A DNA stretch of 32,000 nucleotides from Halomicrobium mukohataei DSM 12286 (GCF_000023965.1 NC_013202.1:1860001-1892000); one strand, 5' to 3'; positions 1-9,405 are shown, counted from the first letter of the stretch. The notes: a model not told the origin generated them from the letters alone. Program-made: numbers and translations.

Positions 1-2
1 CG

Positions 3-2858
3 ATGGGCACGGCTTTCACTGCAGGAGCAGTTGCGGACACTAGCGGTAATGCGACTGTCGAAAGCCTCGAGGTTACGCAAAACCGCGTCCTCGAAGCTGA
101 CGACTCTCGTAGTAGCGACATTCAAACACAGACCGTCGAATTCGACGCATATCTCGAATCCGGCGACACGGAAGAGATCACGATCGACACGGCCGACGCT
201 GAAGACAACGGCCTGACGATCGACGACGTTTCCGTCGACGGCTCCACGTCTAGCGACGTTTCCGTCGAGGACGTCGACTTCGACGACGACCAGATCACCT
301 TCGATCTGAGCGAGGACGCCGGTGGCTCCACGGTCAATGATGCCACCGTCGCCCTCAACGTCGACTTCGACGTGAGTGACGGTGAGAACGCAAACCGTCT
401 CGAACACGTCGTCACGGCAACTGGTGACGACGGGTCCACGACGCTCTCCCCGGTCACCGCCACGTACAAGATTGCCGGCGATTACTCGAAGACCGTCAAC
501 GGCGAGGATTCGGTCTTCGCTGGTGAGACGATCCGATTCACCCCCGGTGCCGAAAACACCCAGATCGAGGTCTACACGACCGACGACGAGGGTGCTCCGA
601 CGAACAACCGTGTTGCAAACTTCAACACGGCGTTCGACACCGCGATCAACTTCGACACGTCGAACCTCGACACTGGCGAGACGTACAACGTTCAGATCAG
701 TGGCAGTGGTGTCACCGATACTGACTACGATCTCGCTGTCAACGACCTCGGCCTCGACGCCGAAGCACGTGACACGCAGATCTCCACGGAAGACCGCATC
801 GTCGCGGACATCACGTCGAACGCGAACCTCGACGACCCGTGGACGGCTACGCTCCTCGACAGCGACGGTGAGGCCGTCGAGGACGACAACGGTGATGCAA
901 TCGAACGAACTGGTAGCTTCTCCGGCTCCGGTGCAGCAACCGTTCGATTCACCGCTCCGACCGACTCTGACCACTACGGCACTGGCAACTACTCGGTCGA
1001 AGTCACGCACGACGACACCGGCATCACGTCGGAAACCGACTCGATCGAAGTCTCGGAAGCCGGTGACGGCGACGTCTCCTTCGCTGGCGACGGCGTCTTC
1101 ACCGAAGAAGCCGGTGACGTCGCGAACGTCACGGTCGAGATGACCAACACCGACGAAGCGACGGTCACCATCGGTACCGAAGATCAGGGTTACTACATCG
1201 TCTACCAGGTCTCTGACGAGAGCGGTGACGGTCAGGTCTCCCTCGAATTCAACAGCTACACCGCAGGCCGCACGTCCCAGGACAACGTCGTCAGCGTCGC
1301 TAACTCTGACGACGAGATCGAGTTCCTCACGCAGGGTGGCGACTTCACCAACACCTCCGAGGCTGTCGGCTCCGACACCCTCGACCCGACGGAATACGAG
1401 ATGAACGCTTCCGTCGGCCACGTCGACATGGGCACCGACGACTACACTGACTCCGACGCGCTCGGCTCGCTCTCGCTGCAGCCGCGCTCGACCGACGGCA
1501 TGCAGTCGTGGGTCACGCCGAAGGGCACCGACATCAGCGACCTCAGTGATGACGTTGGCAACATCTACGACGAGATCGGCTCGTCGATCACCGAGTCCGG
1601 CGAAGTCGCCTACGACGACGGTGACGCCGACGGCGACACCGTCATCCTCCAGCTCGAAGCTGGCGGTATCGAGGGTGCCATCGACCACGCAAATGGTCTG
1701 AAGACCCTCATCGACAACAACCAGGACAACGACGACGATGAAGCGATCGACCTCACGATCGAGCAGACCAACGAGGATGCAAACCGGAACGCAAAGACGC
1801 TCGACTTCGTGAACGACGACGCGATCTCGGTCATCGAAGACCCCGAGAACAACTCGTACTTCATCGCCGTTGAGCTGTCGAAGGTCGACCAGCCGACCCG
1901 CGACCTCGCGGAAGGCGACAACTTCGAGGCGACATTCACCATCGAGGACGACAACGTCCTCAACACGATCGACGACAACGAGGAAGTCACCAGTGACTTC
2001 ACGCTCGTCGAACCGAACACTGAGCTCGTCACGAACTCTGACGACCTCATCCTGATCGAGTCCGCGTCCGGTCAGACCATCTCGGGTAGCACCAACTACG
2101 CGCCTGGCACCGACCTCAACGTTCGGGTCAAGTCCAGCGACACCGCGAGTCCGTTCCAGACTCGCCCCGAGGCAACCGTCCAGACGGACGGTACCTTCAC
2201 GACCGAAGGTGCTGACTTCAGCGAGGTCTCGCCCGGGACCAACCTGACGCTGCAGACGCGTCGCGGTGGCTCCGCGGTCGGTGACGAGTACGACGGTCGC
2301 ATCGGCGAAGTCCCGACTGCCTCCGTCAGCATCAGCAACCAGACCACCGACGGCTCCACCGTGACGGTCGACTCGGTTACGACCGAGAACGGTGGCTTCG
2401 TCGCGATCCACCTCAACAACGCCAGCGGTGAGGTCATCGGCAACTCCGAGTACCTCGACTCTGGCACCCAGCAGGACGTCGAGATCAGCCTCGACTCCGC
2501 TCTGGACGAGAACGCGACGGTCGTCGCGATGCCCCACCAGGACACCAACGACAACGAAGAGTACGACTTCGGCGATGGTGACGGTGCGGACGGTCCGTAC
2601 ACCGAGAACGGCTCGGCAGTGACCGACAGCGCGTCGATCACGATCCAGACCACCGAGGACACGCCGACGCCGACGGACACGCCGGAAGACACGCCGACGG
2701 ACACGGCGACGCCTGACGAAGGCGAAGACATGACGGACACGCCGACTGACGACGGCGGCGACGAGACCACCACCGGCGACGGTGCTGGCTTCGGCGCAGT
2801 CGTCGCACTCGTCGGCCTCCTCGCTGCTGCGCTGCTCGCAACGCGGCGCAACAACTGA
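3..2858 (+). CDS. Cell-surface (S-layer-type) glycoprotein, 5'-truncated by the window edge, with a PGF-CTERM-type sorting signal
   Basis: The frame is open from the window edge to the stop at 2856-2858. The protein is extremely acidic, rich in Asp/Glu/Thr/Val, and carries many N-x-S/T sequons. The C-terminus has a Thr/Pro/Asp linker 'TPTPTDTPEDTPTDTATPDEGEDMTDTPTDD', then 'GDGAGFGAVVALVGLLAAALLATRRNN' (an AGF variant of PGF, one TM helix and a basic tail). Confidence 0.75.
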   Translation: MGTAFTAGAVADTSGNATVESLEVTQNRVLEADDSRSSDIQTQTVEFDAYLESGDTEEITIDTADAEDNGLTIDDVSVDGSTSSDVSVEDVDFDDDQITFDLSEDAGGSTVNDATVALNVDFDVSDGENANRLEHVVTATGDDGSTTLSPVTATYKIAGDYSKTVNGEDSVFAGETIRFTPGAENTQIEVYTTDDEGAPTNNRVANFNTAFDTAINFDTSNLDTGETYNVQISGSGVTDTDYDLAVNDLGLDAEARDTQISTEDRIVADITSNANLDDPWTATLLDSDGEAVEDDNGDAIERTGSFSGSGAATVRFTAPTDSDHYGTGNYSVEVTHDDTGITSETDSIEVSEAGDGDVSFAGDGVFTEEAGDVANVTVEMTNTDEATVTIGTEDQGYYIVYQVSDESGDGQVSLEFNSYTAGRTSQDNVVSVANSDDEIEFLTQGGDFTNTSEAVGSDTLDPTEYEMNASVGHVDMGTDDYTDSDALGSLSLQPRSTDGMQSWVTPKGTDISDLSDDVGNIYDEIGSSITESGEVAYDDGDADGDTVILQLEAGGIEGAIDHANGLKTLIDNNQDNDDDEAIDLTIEQTNEDANRNAKTLDFVNDDAISVIEDPENNSYFIAVELSKVDQPTRDLAEGDNFEATFTIEDDNVLNTIDDNEEVTSDFTLVEPNTELVTNSDDLILIESASGQTISGSTNYAPGTDLNVRVKSSDTASPFQTRPEATVQTDGTFTTEGADFSEVSPGTNLTLQTRRGGSAVGDEYDGRIGEVPTASVSISNQTTDGSTVTVDSVTTENGGFVAIHLNNASGEVIGNSEYLDSGTQQDVEISLDSALDENATVVAMPHQDTNDNEEYDFGDGDGADGPYTENGSAVTDSASITIQTTEDTPTPTDTPEDTPTDTATPDEGEDMTDTPTDDGGDETTTGDGAGFGAVVALVGLLAAALLATRRNN

Positions 2859-2870
2859 GGACACTAACTA

Positions 2871-2905
2871 ACCGGACTTCGTCCGGTCCCTGACTCGCGA
2901 TTTTT
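2871..2905 (+). terminator. Hairpin plus T5 tract downstream of the surface glycoprotein gene
   Basis: ACCGGAC (2871-2877), loop TTC, GTCCGGT (2881-2887), followed by TTTTT at 2901-2905. Oligo-T tracts are the usual archaeal termination signal. Confidence 0.4.
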
Positions 2906-2986
2906 CTTCGGACGCCAGCCCGTGAGTGCCGACAGCGGGCACAACGGCAAAGCATATACCCGCGATTGCGTAACGTAGAGACACGA

Positions 2987-3961
2987 ATGGTCGGTGTCGC
3001 CCCGCTTACGTCGGCCGTTGGCGATCCGCTCGCCGTCGCACGGCCGCTCTCGTGGCTGCTCGTGATCAGCTTTCTCGCGACGGGCGTCCTCGCTGCCCAC
3101 ACGGACGCACGCGAGCGAGCGCGTCAGCTCGGCGCTCTCACGTGGGGCGTCTTCGGGCTCTTCTGGCTCGTCCTGGTGCCCCACTTCGTCCTCGTCCAGA
3201 AGAGCATCGTCGAGGGGATCGGCAGTATCGCTGCCGTCCCCCTGTCGCTGTACGTCGGCTATCTCCTCTGGAACGGTCGCGACTCGCTGTTTACCCTCTC
3301 GAAGGCGATCGGGTACATGGGGCTGCTCTATCTGCCCTTTACGTACCTCCCGCTGCTGGAGTCGAACCCGCTTCGCAGGTGGATGATCGAGGTCGTCGCC
3401 TCACAGACGGGGACGCTCCTCTCGCTGATCGGCGTCGAGCCCGAACTCGTGAGAGGGACCAGCGTCCTGAGCGAGGTCCCGTCCTCGGACTACGGTTATC
3501 TGAGCACGTTTTACTTCCCGGGCAACGAGCGGCCGATCACGTACACGATCATCGTCGCCTGTACGGGCGTGGGGAGCATCTCGATTCTCGCCGGTGCAAT
3601 TCTGGCGGTCGAGGCTCCGCTGGGTCGGAAGGCCCGCGCGCTGGCGGTCTCCGTGCCGGTGATTTACGGCCTGAATCTGGTTCGGAACGTGTTCATCGCG
3701 ACGATGTTCGGGCAACAGCGAATGCAGTGGTTCGTGGGCACGATCACCGGCCTCTTTGGAACGACCGACGAGCAGATGGTGTCGTACTACATCGCCGACC
3801 GCCTGCTCGCGCAGTTCGGTTCGGTGGTCGCGCTCGTGGGTATCACGTGGCTGGTAGTGAAGGTGCTGCCCGAAATCCTCTCGCTCGTCGACGACGTGGC
3901 GTATCTCGTGACTGGAACGGAGTACGACCTTCGAGAGGAACTGACGGCCGAGCGTGACTAG
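2987..3961 (+). CDS. artA: Archaeosortase A (exosortase/archaeosortase family polytopic membrane transpeptidase)
   Basis: A 324-aa multi-pass membrane protein with a Cys-containing motif 'IIVACTGVGSISILAG', a later 'LVRNVFIATMFG' (Arg) segment and 'YYIADRLLAQFGS'. It lies directly downstream of a PGF-CTERM substrate. ATG 2987 is preferred over the TTG at 2966 because a TATA-like 'CATATAC' (2953-2959) sits about 31 nt upstream. Confidence 0.7.
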   Translation: MVGVAPLTSAVGDPLAVARPLSWLLVISFLATGVLAAHTDARERARQLGALTWGVFGLFWLVLVPHFVLVQKSIVEGIGSIAAVPLSLYVGYLLWNGRDSLFTLSKAIGYMGLLYLPFTYLPLLESNPLRRWMIEVVASQTGTLLSLIGVEPELVRGTSVLSEVPSSDYGYLSTFYFPGNERPITYTIIVACTGVGSISILAGAILAVEAPLGRKARALAVSVPVIYGLNLVRNVFIATMFGQQRMQWFVGTITGLFGTTDEQMVSYYIADRLLAQFGSVVALVGITWLVVKVLPEILSLVDDVAYLVTGTEYDLREELTAERD

Positions 3962-4734
3962 TCGGCAAGCGGCGCGTCGGCGAGCGTCGTGAGGGCGTCC
4001 CGTTCCATCTCGTGGAGGTCGGCGGGGACGACCAGGAGGTGCAGCGGGCCGCCGTAGTCGCCGTCGGCGAGCGCGTCGAGGCTGTCTGCTTCGACGACTG
4101 GGTTCGCGCTGCCCGCTCGTGCGACGACGACGCCGAGCGTGTCGAAGTGGTCCGCGAGCAGCCCGGCGGCGTGATCCGCAGTCATGAACTCCTGTTCGCC
4201 CTCCCAGTGGGGGTCGTCGACTTTGATGTCCAGGTAGACCAGCGTGTGAAGGCCTCGCTCTCGGTTGGCCGTGATCGTCTCGACGACGCTGTCGGGGACG
4301 CCGTCACCACCGTGGGCGTCTTCGAAGGGGAGCGTCGTCGCCTTCCCGAAGCGGTAGTTCTGGAGGCCGGTCAGTGAACTCGCGGCCGTCTGTGCGGTCG
4401 TCCCGTGGATCACCCGCGTGTGGATGCCACGCTCCTCGGCCCGCAGGCGGAGGTCGACGTGTGTCGTCGAGACCATCGTATCGCCTGCCGTCACGAAGGC
4501 GACGTCACCGTCTTCGGCGGCAGCGAGGAGTTCGTCGGGGGTCTGCTCGACGGCCGCGCGATCGAGCAGTTCGATGTCGATGTCGTGGTAGTACTCCAGC
4601 TTCTGGATCGTCGTGCCGATCAGTTTGCTCGTGTAGAACTCGGCGTAGATATCGGTCGCAGTCTGGAGGGCCTCCTTGCCCTCGACCGTGATCGAGCGCT
4701 CGTCGTAGAGTCCGAGACCGACGAATGTGAGCAT
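3958..4734 (-). CDS. dphB: Diphthine synthase (diphthamide biosynthesis methyltransferase)
   Basis: 258 aa. The N-terminus 'MLTFVGLGLYDERSITVEGKEAL', the segments 'AFVTAGDTMVSTTH' and 'RVIHGTTAQTAA', and the tetrapyrrole-methylase-type fold signature are typical of archaeal Dph5/DphB. Confidence 0.85.
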   Translation of the reverse strand: MLTFVGLGLYDERSITVEGKEALQTATDIYAEFYTSKLIGTTIQKLEYYHDIDIELLDRAAVEQTPDELLAAAEDGDVAFVTAGDTMVSTTHVDLRLRAEERGIHTRVIHGTTAQTAASSLTGLQNYRFGKATTLPFEDAHGGDGVPDSVVETITANRERGLHTLVYLDIKVDDPHWEGEQEFMTADHAAGLLADHFDTLGVVVARAGSANPVVEADSLDALADGDYGGPLHLLVVPADLHEMERDALTTLADAPLAD

Positions 4735-4809
4735 ACCCTGTGTCGACGACGCCGGCCAATAAAGGGCGCGAAGCGTCAGGCTTACCGCCTACGGGTGGCC
4801 AGTGGCGGT

Positions 4810-5811
4810 ATGGGCGTTCCCTGCGTGCCTGTCGACCGCGAAGCCGGCGAGGAGAGCCGACAGCGCCTCGCGGACGCCGATCTGGTCGCAGAGGGCTACG
4901 ACATCGTGGTCGACGAGGCGACGATCTACATCCCGATCACGGACCCGGCGGCGGTCCCGGACGATCTCGACGTGGTCGAGTACGACGCCCCGGTCCGCGA
5001 GTCCCAGACGATGCCGGCCGATCGGCTCGACTTCGAGCCCAGCTACGAGCGGATCGGCGAGGTGATCGTCGTCGACGAGGACGACCCGGAACGTGCGCGA
5101 GTGATCGCCGACGCGATCGTCGCGTCCGATCTCCCGGTTCGGACCGTCCTCAACCGCGCCTCGAAGGTCAAAGGAGAGACTCGCGTCCGTGACTGGGACG
5201 TACTGGCCCGGCCCGACGACGAACCGGACCGGCCGGCCACCGAGGTGGTCCACCGCGAGTACGGCTGTGAGTTCCTGGTAGACCTCGACGCGGTGTATTT
5301 CTCCCCTCGTCTGGCGACCGAGCGCCACCGCGTCGTCGAGCAGGTGGGCGCGGACGAGCGCGCGCTCGACATGTTCGCTGGCGTCGGCCCCTTCGTGGTG
5401 CCCTTCGCACAGCGCGGTGCGACGGCCGTCGGCGTCGACGTCAACCCGACCGCGATCGAGTACCTCCGCGAGAATGCCCGACGGAACGGCGTCGCCGACC
5501 GCGTGACGGCTATCGAAGGCGACGTACGCGCGGTGGCTCCCGACTACGAGGACTGGGCCGATCGGCTCGTCATGAACCTCCCGCACAGCGCCGACGAGTT
5601 CCTCGACGCCGCCGAGACGATCGCCGCCAACGACTGCGTGCTCCACTACTACGACATCCAGCACGAAGACGATCCCTACGGGCCGGGCGAGCGGGCGATC
5701 CGGGCCGCCTTCGAACCCGACTACGACGTGACCGTCGAGACCCGCCACACCGTCCGCTCGTATGCCCCCCACGAGCACAACGTCGTGCTGGACGTTCGGC
5801 TCGCTCGGTGA
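4810..5811 (+). CDS. trm5: Trm5/Met-10+ type class I SAM-dependent tRNA methyltransferase
   Basis: The start was trimmed to ATG 4810, in frame within the long 4405 ORF. The upstream part of that ORF is antisense to dphB and is Arg-rich. The SAM-binding motif 'ALDMFAGVGPFVVPFAQRG' and the 'LVMNLPHSA' motif are characteristic of the Trm5/Taw22 family. Confidence 0.65.
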   Translation: MGVPCVPVDREAGEESRQRLADADLVAEGYDIVVDEATIYIPITDPAAVPDDLDVVEYDAPVRESQTMPADRLDFEPSYERIGEVIVVDEDDPERARVIADAIVASDLPVRTVLNRASKVKGETRVRDWDVLARPDDEPDRPATEVVHREYGCEFLVDLDAVYFSPRLATERHRVVEQVGADERALDMFAGVGPFVVPFAQRGATAVGVDVNPTAIEYLRENARRNGVADRVTAIEGDVRAVAPDYEDWADRLVMNLPHSADEFLDAAETIAANDCVLHYYDIQHEDDPYGPGERAIRAAFEPDYDVTVETRHTVRSYAPHEHNVVLDVRLAR

Positions 5812-5886
5812 CCGTGACTCGGTGTCCCATAATCGCCCGACTTCGGAACCCTTATGATCGTCTTGGGCATCGTACCGTATGCCCGC

Positions 5887-5960
5887 GCCGGTGTAGCTCA
5901 GACTGGCAGAGCGAATCCTTCGTAAGGATTAGGCCGAGGGTTCAAATCCCTCCACCGGCT
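5887..5960 (+). tRNA. tRNA-Thr, anticodon CGU
   Basis: Manual cloverleaf fold. Acceptor stem GCCGGTG/CACCGGC; D stem GCTC/GAGC; anticodon stem AATCC/GGATT with loop TTCGTAA (anticodon CGT at 5921-5923). The variable loop is AGGCC, the T arm is GAGGG-TTCAAAT-CCCTC, and the discriminator is T. No CCA is encoded and there is no intron. Confidence 0.9.
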
Positions 5961-6133
5961 TTCTACCGCGATCGATACCGAGGAGCGTTGGCCGGTCCGC
6001 GTCTCGGCGTGGACACCGCCTCGATTTTGAACGGGTGATCGTCTGGCAGCGTGGCCCCCAGGTCGGGATTGTCGCCTCGCCGTGGCACTCGACCGCAATC
6101 TACTACCCGATTTGTGCCCCAGTGTCAGTCGAG

Positions 6134-7339
6134 ATGGAGTCGTACGATATCGTCGTCGCAGGCGGTGGGCCGGCGGGGTTGCAGTTCGCCCGGTCGGTCG
6201 TCGGGCGCTCGGATTACTCGGTCGCGGTGCTCGAAGCAAACGACGAACTGGCGGACAACGACAAGTCCACCGGTGGGACCTTCCACCAGGTCGTCGAGGG
6301 CTTTGGCGTGCCCGACGAGGTCGTCATGTCCGAGTCGGCCACGGTCCAGTTCGAGGGGCCCAGTGCGCGGGTGACTCTCGACATCCCCAATTACGTCCTC
6401 GATTTCCCGGCCTTGCTCGAATTTCTCGGCGCGGACGCGGCCGCCGACGGGGCCGACATCCACACGGGGGTTCGCGTTCGGGAACCGATCGTCGAGGGTG
6501 GTACCGTCGTCGGCGTCCGCGGGACCCGCGACGGCGAGTCGGTGACCTACCGGGCCGATCTGGTCGTCGACGCGACGGGACCCGCGGGGACGCTGACGAC
6601 CCGACTCCACATGTGGGACCGCGAGGCGGCCCAGCGCGGGATCGGCAAGGAGTACGAGGTGACCGGCCGGTACGACCTGTCGTCGATGCTGTTCCGGTTC
6701 GACCACGAGTACGCGCCGGGCGGGTACGCGTGGGTGTTTCCGGGCGGTGACGACGTGTTCAAAGTCGGCGTCTGCTGGATCGACGACTTCTACGCGCGTC
6801 ACAGTCCGCCAGACGACGGGGCGATCGACGACTACGTCGAGCGGTGGGCTCGCAGCGATCCCCGGTGGGAGGTCGACGACGTGCGGGCCGTCCACGCCGG
6901 ACAGGCGATCTCCGACAACTCGATCAACCGCCGTGCGACCGACGGGCTGGTCGCCGTGGGCGACAGCGTCTCCAGCATCAACCCCCTGTTCGGTGAGGGA
7001 ATCCGATCGGGCATGGAGTCGGCCGAGATGGCGGCCGAGGTCGCGACGCGGGCCCTCACCGCCGGTGACGTGTCTCGGTCGTTCCTGTCGGCCTACGAGC
7101 GCCGCTGGAACCGCGAGAAGGGATCGAACTGGAAGCGCCAGCGCATCGCCGGTGAGTTGCTCTACGACTTCGACGCGGCCCAGCAGAATCGTTTCGTCGC
7201 CAACAGCGGCCGCCTCTCGGACGCACAGCTCGATCGCCTCCAGCGGTACGAGCTGACGCTGCCGGATCTGCTCTCGCTGTATCCGTTCCGGCTCGACGAC
7301 GTTCGGAAAGCACCGACGCTACTGCGACACCTGTGGTGA
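6134..7339 (+). CDS. Geranylgeranyl reductase family FAD-dependent oxidoreductase
   Basis: 401 aa counted from ATG 6134. It has the N-terminal dinucleotide-binding motif 'YDIVVAGGGPAGLQFA', the segments 'LVVDATGPAG' and 'GYAWVFP', and a 'VGDSVSSINPLFGEGI' FAD-contact motif typical of GGR/ChlP-like enzymes. Confidence 0.7.
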   Translation: MESYDIVVAGGGPAGLQFARSVVGRSDYSVAVLEANDELADNDKSTGGTFHQVVEGFGVPDEVVMSESATVQFEGPSARVTLDIPNYVLDFPALLEFLGADAAADGADIHTGVRVREPIVEGGTVVGVRGTRDGESVTYRADLVVDATGPAGTLTTRLHMWDREAAQRGIGKEYEVTGRYDLSSMLFRFDHEYAPGGYAWVFPGGDDVFKVGVCWIDDFYARHSPPDDGAIDDYVERWARSDPRWEVDDVRAVHAGQAISDNSINRRATDGLVAVGDSVSSINPLFGEGIRSGMESAEMAAEVATRALTAGDVSRSFLSAYERRWNREKGSNWKRQRIAGELLYDFDAAQQNRFVANSGRLSDAQLDRLQRYELTLPDLLSLYPFRLDDVRKAPTLLRHLW

Positions 7340-7358
7340 GTGTCGCGGTCGTCGATCG

Positions 7359-7997
7359 CTACGCCCGTCGTGCGAGCAGTCCCACCGCGAGGGCGACACC
7401 GGCGAGCGCGCCGACGGCACCGAAGCCGGGGCCGGAGCCGGAGTCGGGGACCGGGCTCTGTGCGCGGATCGGCGATTCGATCGCCTCGTCGCTGTCGTAG
7501 CGCCACGTCGCCGTCGCGCCCTCGACCGTGTCGGCGTTACTGTCGGTGACGTTGGTCGGCATCGTGACCGTGTAGGTCAGCGCGTAGCCGCTCTGGGAAC
7601 CCAGCTGCCCGCTGTTCTGGACGAACGAGCGATCGACGAAGGTGACGTTGCCCGCTTCGACGGTCGTCTCGACGCCGCTGCTCGGGCCGGGATTCCACGA
7701 CGACAGCCGAAGATCGACCGTCACGTTGCCGTCGTCGGCGAGGCTCTGGTTGTACGACACCGACTCCGCGCGGCTCTCGTTGACCCCACGGAGCAGGTAC
7801 CGCTCGACCGAGCCGTATCCCTCGTCTTCGGCCGTCGACTGGAGACGCTCGTAGGTCGAGGGGGACATCTCGATCGTCGTCTCGTAGGACTCGACCGTGC
7901 CGTCGCCGTCGACGGTCGCGTCGACGGCAACGTCGGCACAGCCGCTCAACACCAGGAGGACACCGACTGCGAGTGTCGCGAGCGATCTTCGATTCAT
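7359..7997 (-). CDS. Secreted protein with an N-terminal lipobox and a C-terminal PGF-CTERM signal
   Basis: 212 aa. The N-terminus 'MNRRSLATLAVGVLLVLSGC' carries an RR motif plus an L-S-G-C lipobox. The C-terminus is 'SGSGPGFGAVGALAGVALAVGLLARRA' (PGF, TM helix, basic tail). The middle of the protein is acidic. Confidence 0.7.
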   Translation of the reverse strand: MNRRSLATLAVGVLLVLSGCADVAVDATVDGDGTVESYETTIEMSPSTYERLQSTAEDEGYGSVERYLLRGVNESRAESVSYNQSLADDGNVTVDLRLSSWNPGPSSGVETTVEAGNVTFVDRSFVQNSGQLGSQSGYALTYTVTMPTNVTDSNADTVEGATATWRYDSDEAIESPIRAQSPVPDSGSGPGFGAVGALAGVALAVGLLARRA

Positions 7998-8128
7998 GCT
8001 CTGGCCTCAGTGCCGCCCGGTAAATGCTTTCTCCAATAGCGTCTCCGTTTGTCCCCGTTCTCCGGAGCCGTCGCGGTACGGCCGTGACAACGGGCCGGAA
8101 CCGGAGCACGGCCGGGTAGTCGCCAGTC

Positions 8129-8371
8129 TCAGTGAGTCAACAGGAGGAGTCGCTCGTCGGTCCGGACGAGACAGATCGGGCTGTCGGGATTGCCGAAGGT
8201 GTTCTCGCGACGCCGGGAGACGAACAGCTTCTCGAAGGACTCACCACAGGCCGGACAGGCAAACTCCGCACGGTTTTCGAGTGCCATCGTCTCCCGGTCT
8301 TCCTTGAGGAGCTTGAGTCCGTGGCGATAGTCGTGTACGTCGAAGCCGTCGCTCACGTCCAGTTCGTCCAT
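8129..8371 (-). CDS. Small conserved-looking hypothetical protein (80 aa) with a CPAC motif
   Basis: The composition is acidic, as expected for a haloarchaeal protein. It contains 'FACPACGESF' plus a later Cys ('SPICLV'). I do not recognise a family. Confidence 0.5.
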   Translation of the reverse strand: MDELDVSDGFDVHDYRHGLKLLKEDRETMALENRAEFACPACGESFEKLFVSRRRENTFGNPDSPICLVRTDERLLLLTH

Positions 8372-8412
8372 ACGGGTAGCTGGTGAGAACCGGGCTTGAA
8401 ACTACCGGCGGC

Positions 8413-9285
8413 TCAGATCGACAGCTCCGCGCCCACGTACAGCACGACGACGAGGAAGATCCAGACCACGTCGACGAAGTGCCAGTACATCGAGACCGTC
8501 GAGACCGACGTGTGTCGCTCTGCGGAGTACTGGCCGTAGATCGCCCGGACGAAGACGATGCCCAGCAGGACGGCACCCATCGTGACGTGGAGTCCGTGGA
8601 GGCCGGTCAGCCCGTAGAACGCGGAGGCGTAGGCACCTTCGGCGATGGTGAATCCTTCGCCGACGATGAACTCGTAGTACTCGTAGGCCTGTCCGCCGAT
8701 GAAGATCACGCCCAGCAGCAGCGTCAGTCCGAGCCATCTGACGAAGCTCTGCCGGTCACCGTCGAGGAGTTTGACGTGTGCGTAGTGCAGCGTCAGGGAA
8801 CTGATCACGAGGATGATCGTGTTGGCGATGACGAGGTTGCCGAAGACGTTCCCGCCGTGGGGGAGCAGTTCGGCCGACCACACGTTCGCGCCGCGGACGA
8901 AGAAGTAGTAGACGAAGCCGGCACCGAAGGTGGCGACCTCGCTACCCAGGAACAGCAGCATCGCGAACCGGAGCGTGCCTCCGGAGTGGTGATCCGTCCC
9001 GCGCTCCCAGAAGTTGGCGACGAAGGCGTGGTAGAGCCAGCCATAGAGACCAGCCAGGAAGATTCCGACGGTGGCGACGGTCGTCCCGGCGGCGATCAGC
9101 TCGGAGACGACGGGATTCTCTGCCTGTGAGAGGACGAACAGGCCGGCGGCGACGTAGATGCCGGCAGCGCCGATGGCGGTGATGAAGGGCCACCAGCTGG
9201 CCTCGCCGAACCCGCGGGGCCAGTCCTCGACGGCGGGGAGATGGTGATCCCCGTGCTCCTCTGACGTGTCTTCGGCTACGGTCAT
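8413..9285 (-). CDS. coxC: Cytochrome c oxidase subunit III
   Basis: Trimmed to ATG 9285 ('MTVAEDTSEEHGDHH...'), giving 290 aa. The polytopic sequence includes 'FLGSEVATFGAGF', 'GQAYEYYEF', 'FYGLTGLHGLHVTMG' and 'YWHFVDVVWIFLVVVLY', all classic Cox3 motifs. A TATA-like 'GCTTTTGATG' on the gene strand lies about 27 nt upstream. Confidence 0.85.
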   Translation of the reverse strand: MTVAEDTSEEHGDHHLPAVEDWPRGFGEASWWPFITAIGAAGIYVAAGLFVLSQAENPVVSELIAAGTTVATVGIFLAGLYGWLYHAFVANFWERGTDHHSGGTLRFAMLLFLGSEVATFGAGFVYYFFVRGANVWSAELLPHGGNVFGNLVIANTIILVISSLTLHYAHVKLLDGDRQSFVRWLGLTLLLGVIFIGGQAYEYYEFIVGEGFTIAEGAYASAFYGLTGLHGLHVTMGAVLLGIVFVRAIYGQYSAERHTSVSTVSMYWHFVDVVWIFLVVVLYVGAELSI

Positions 9286-9405
9286 ACGCGCTTCTTGCGA
9301 GTGGACCATCAAAAGCGCTTCCAACTCCGTGCGCTTCGCACGCGTAGCTGGCCGGTCGGGCGCGAATCGATGCCTTCTCCGTCGCCGAGCCGGAACGGTC
9401 GAACA

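Noticed and set aside
376-1143. 255-aa alternative-frame ORF, with several others (31..216, 122..469, 725..952, 989..1171, 1610..2050, 2096..2854), inside the surface glycoprotein gene.
   Set aside because: Their translations are Arg/Ser/Thr/Pro-rich and basic. This is the typical out-of-frame or antisense product of GC-rich, acidic-protein coding DNA. The 3..2858 frame has the coherent acidic composition and the sorting signal.
3673-3686. Palindrome-like 'CGGAACGTGTTCAT' inside artA.
   Set aside because: The outer positions do not match CGAAC/GTTCG, and it lies within a coding region. I treat it as a chance partial match.
4405-4809. N-terminal 135-aa extension of the Trm5-like ORF as drawn in the ORF track.
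   Set aside because: The extension is antisense to the well-supported dphB gene and has non-haloarchaeal composition. The methyltransferase-like sequence only begins after ATG 4810.
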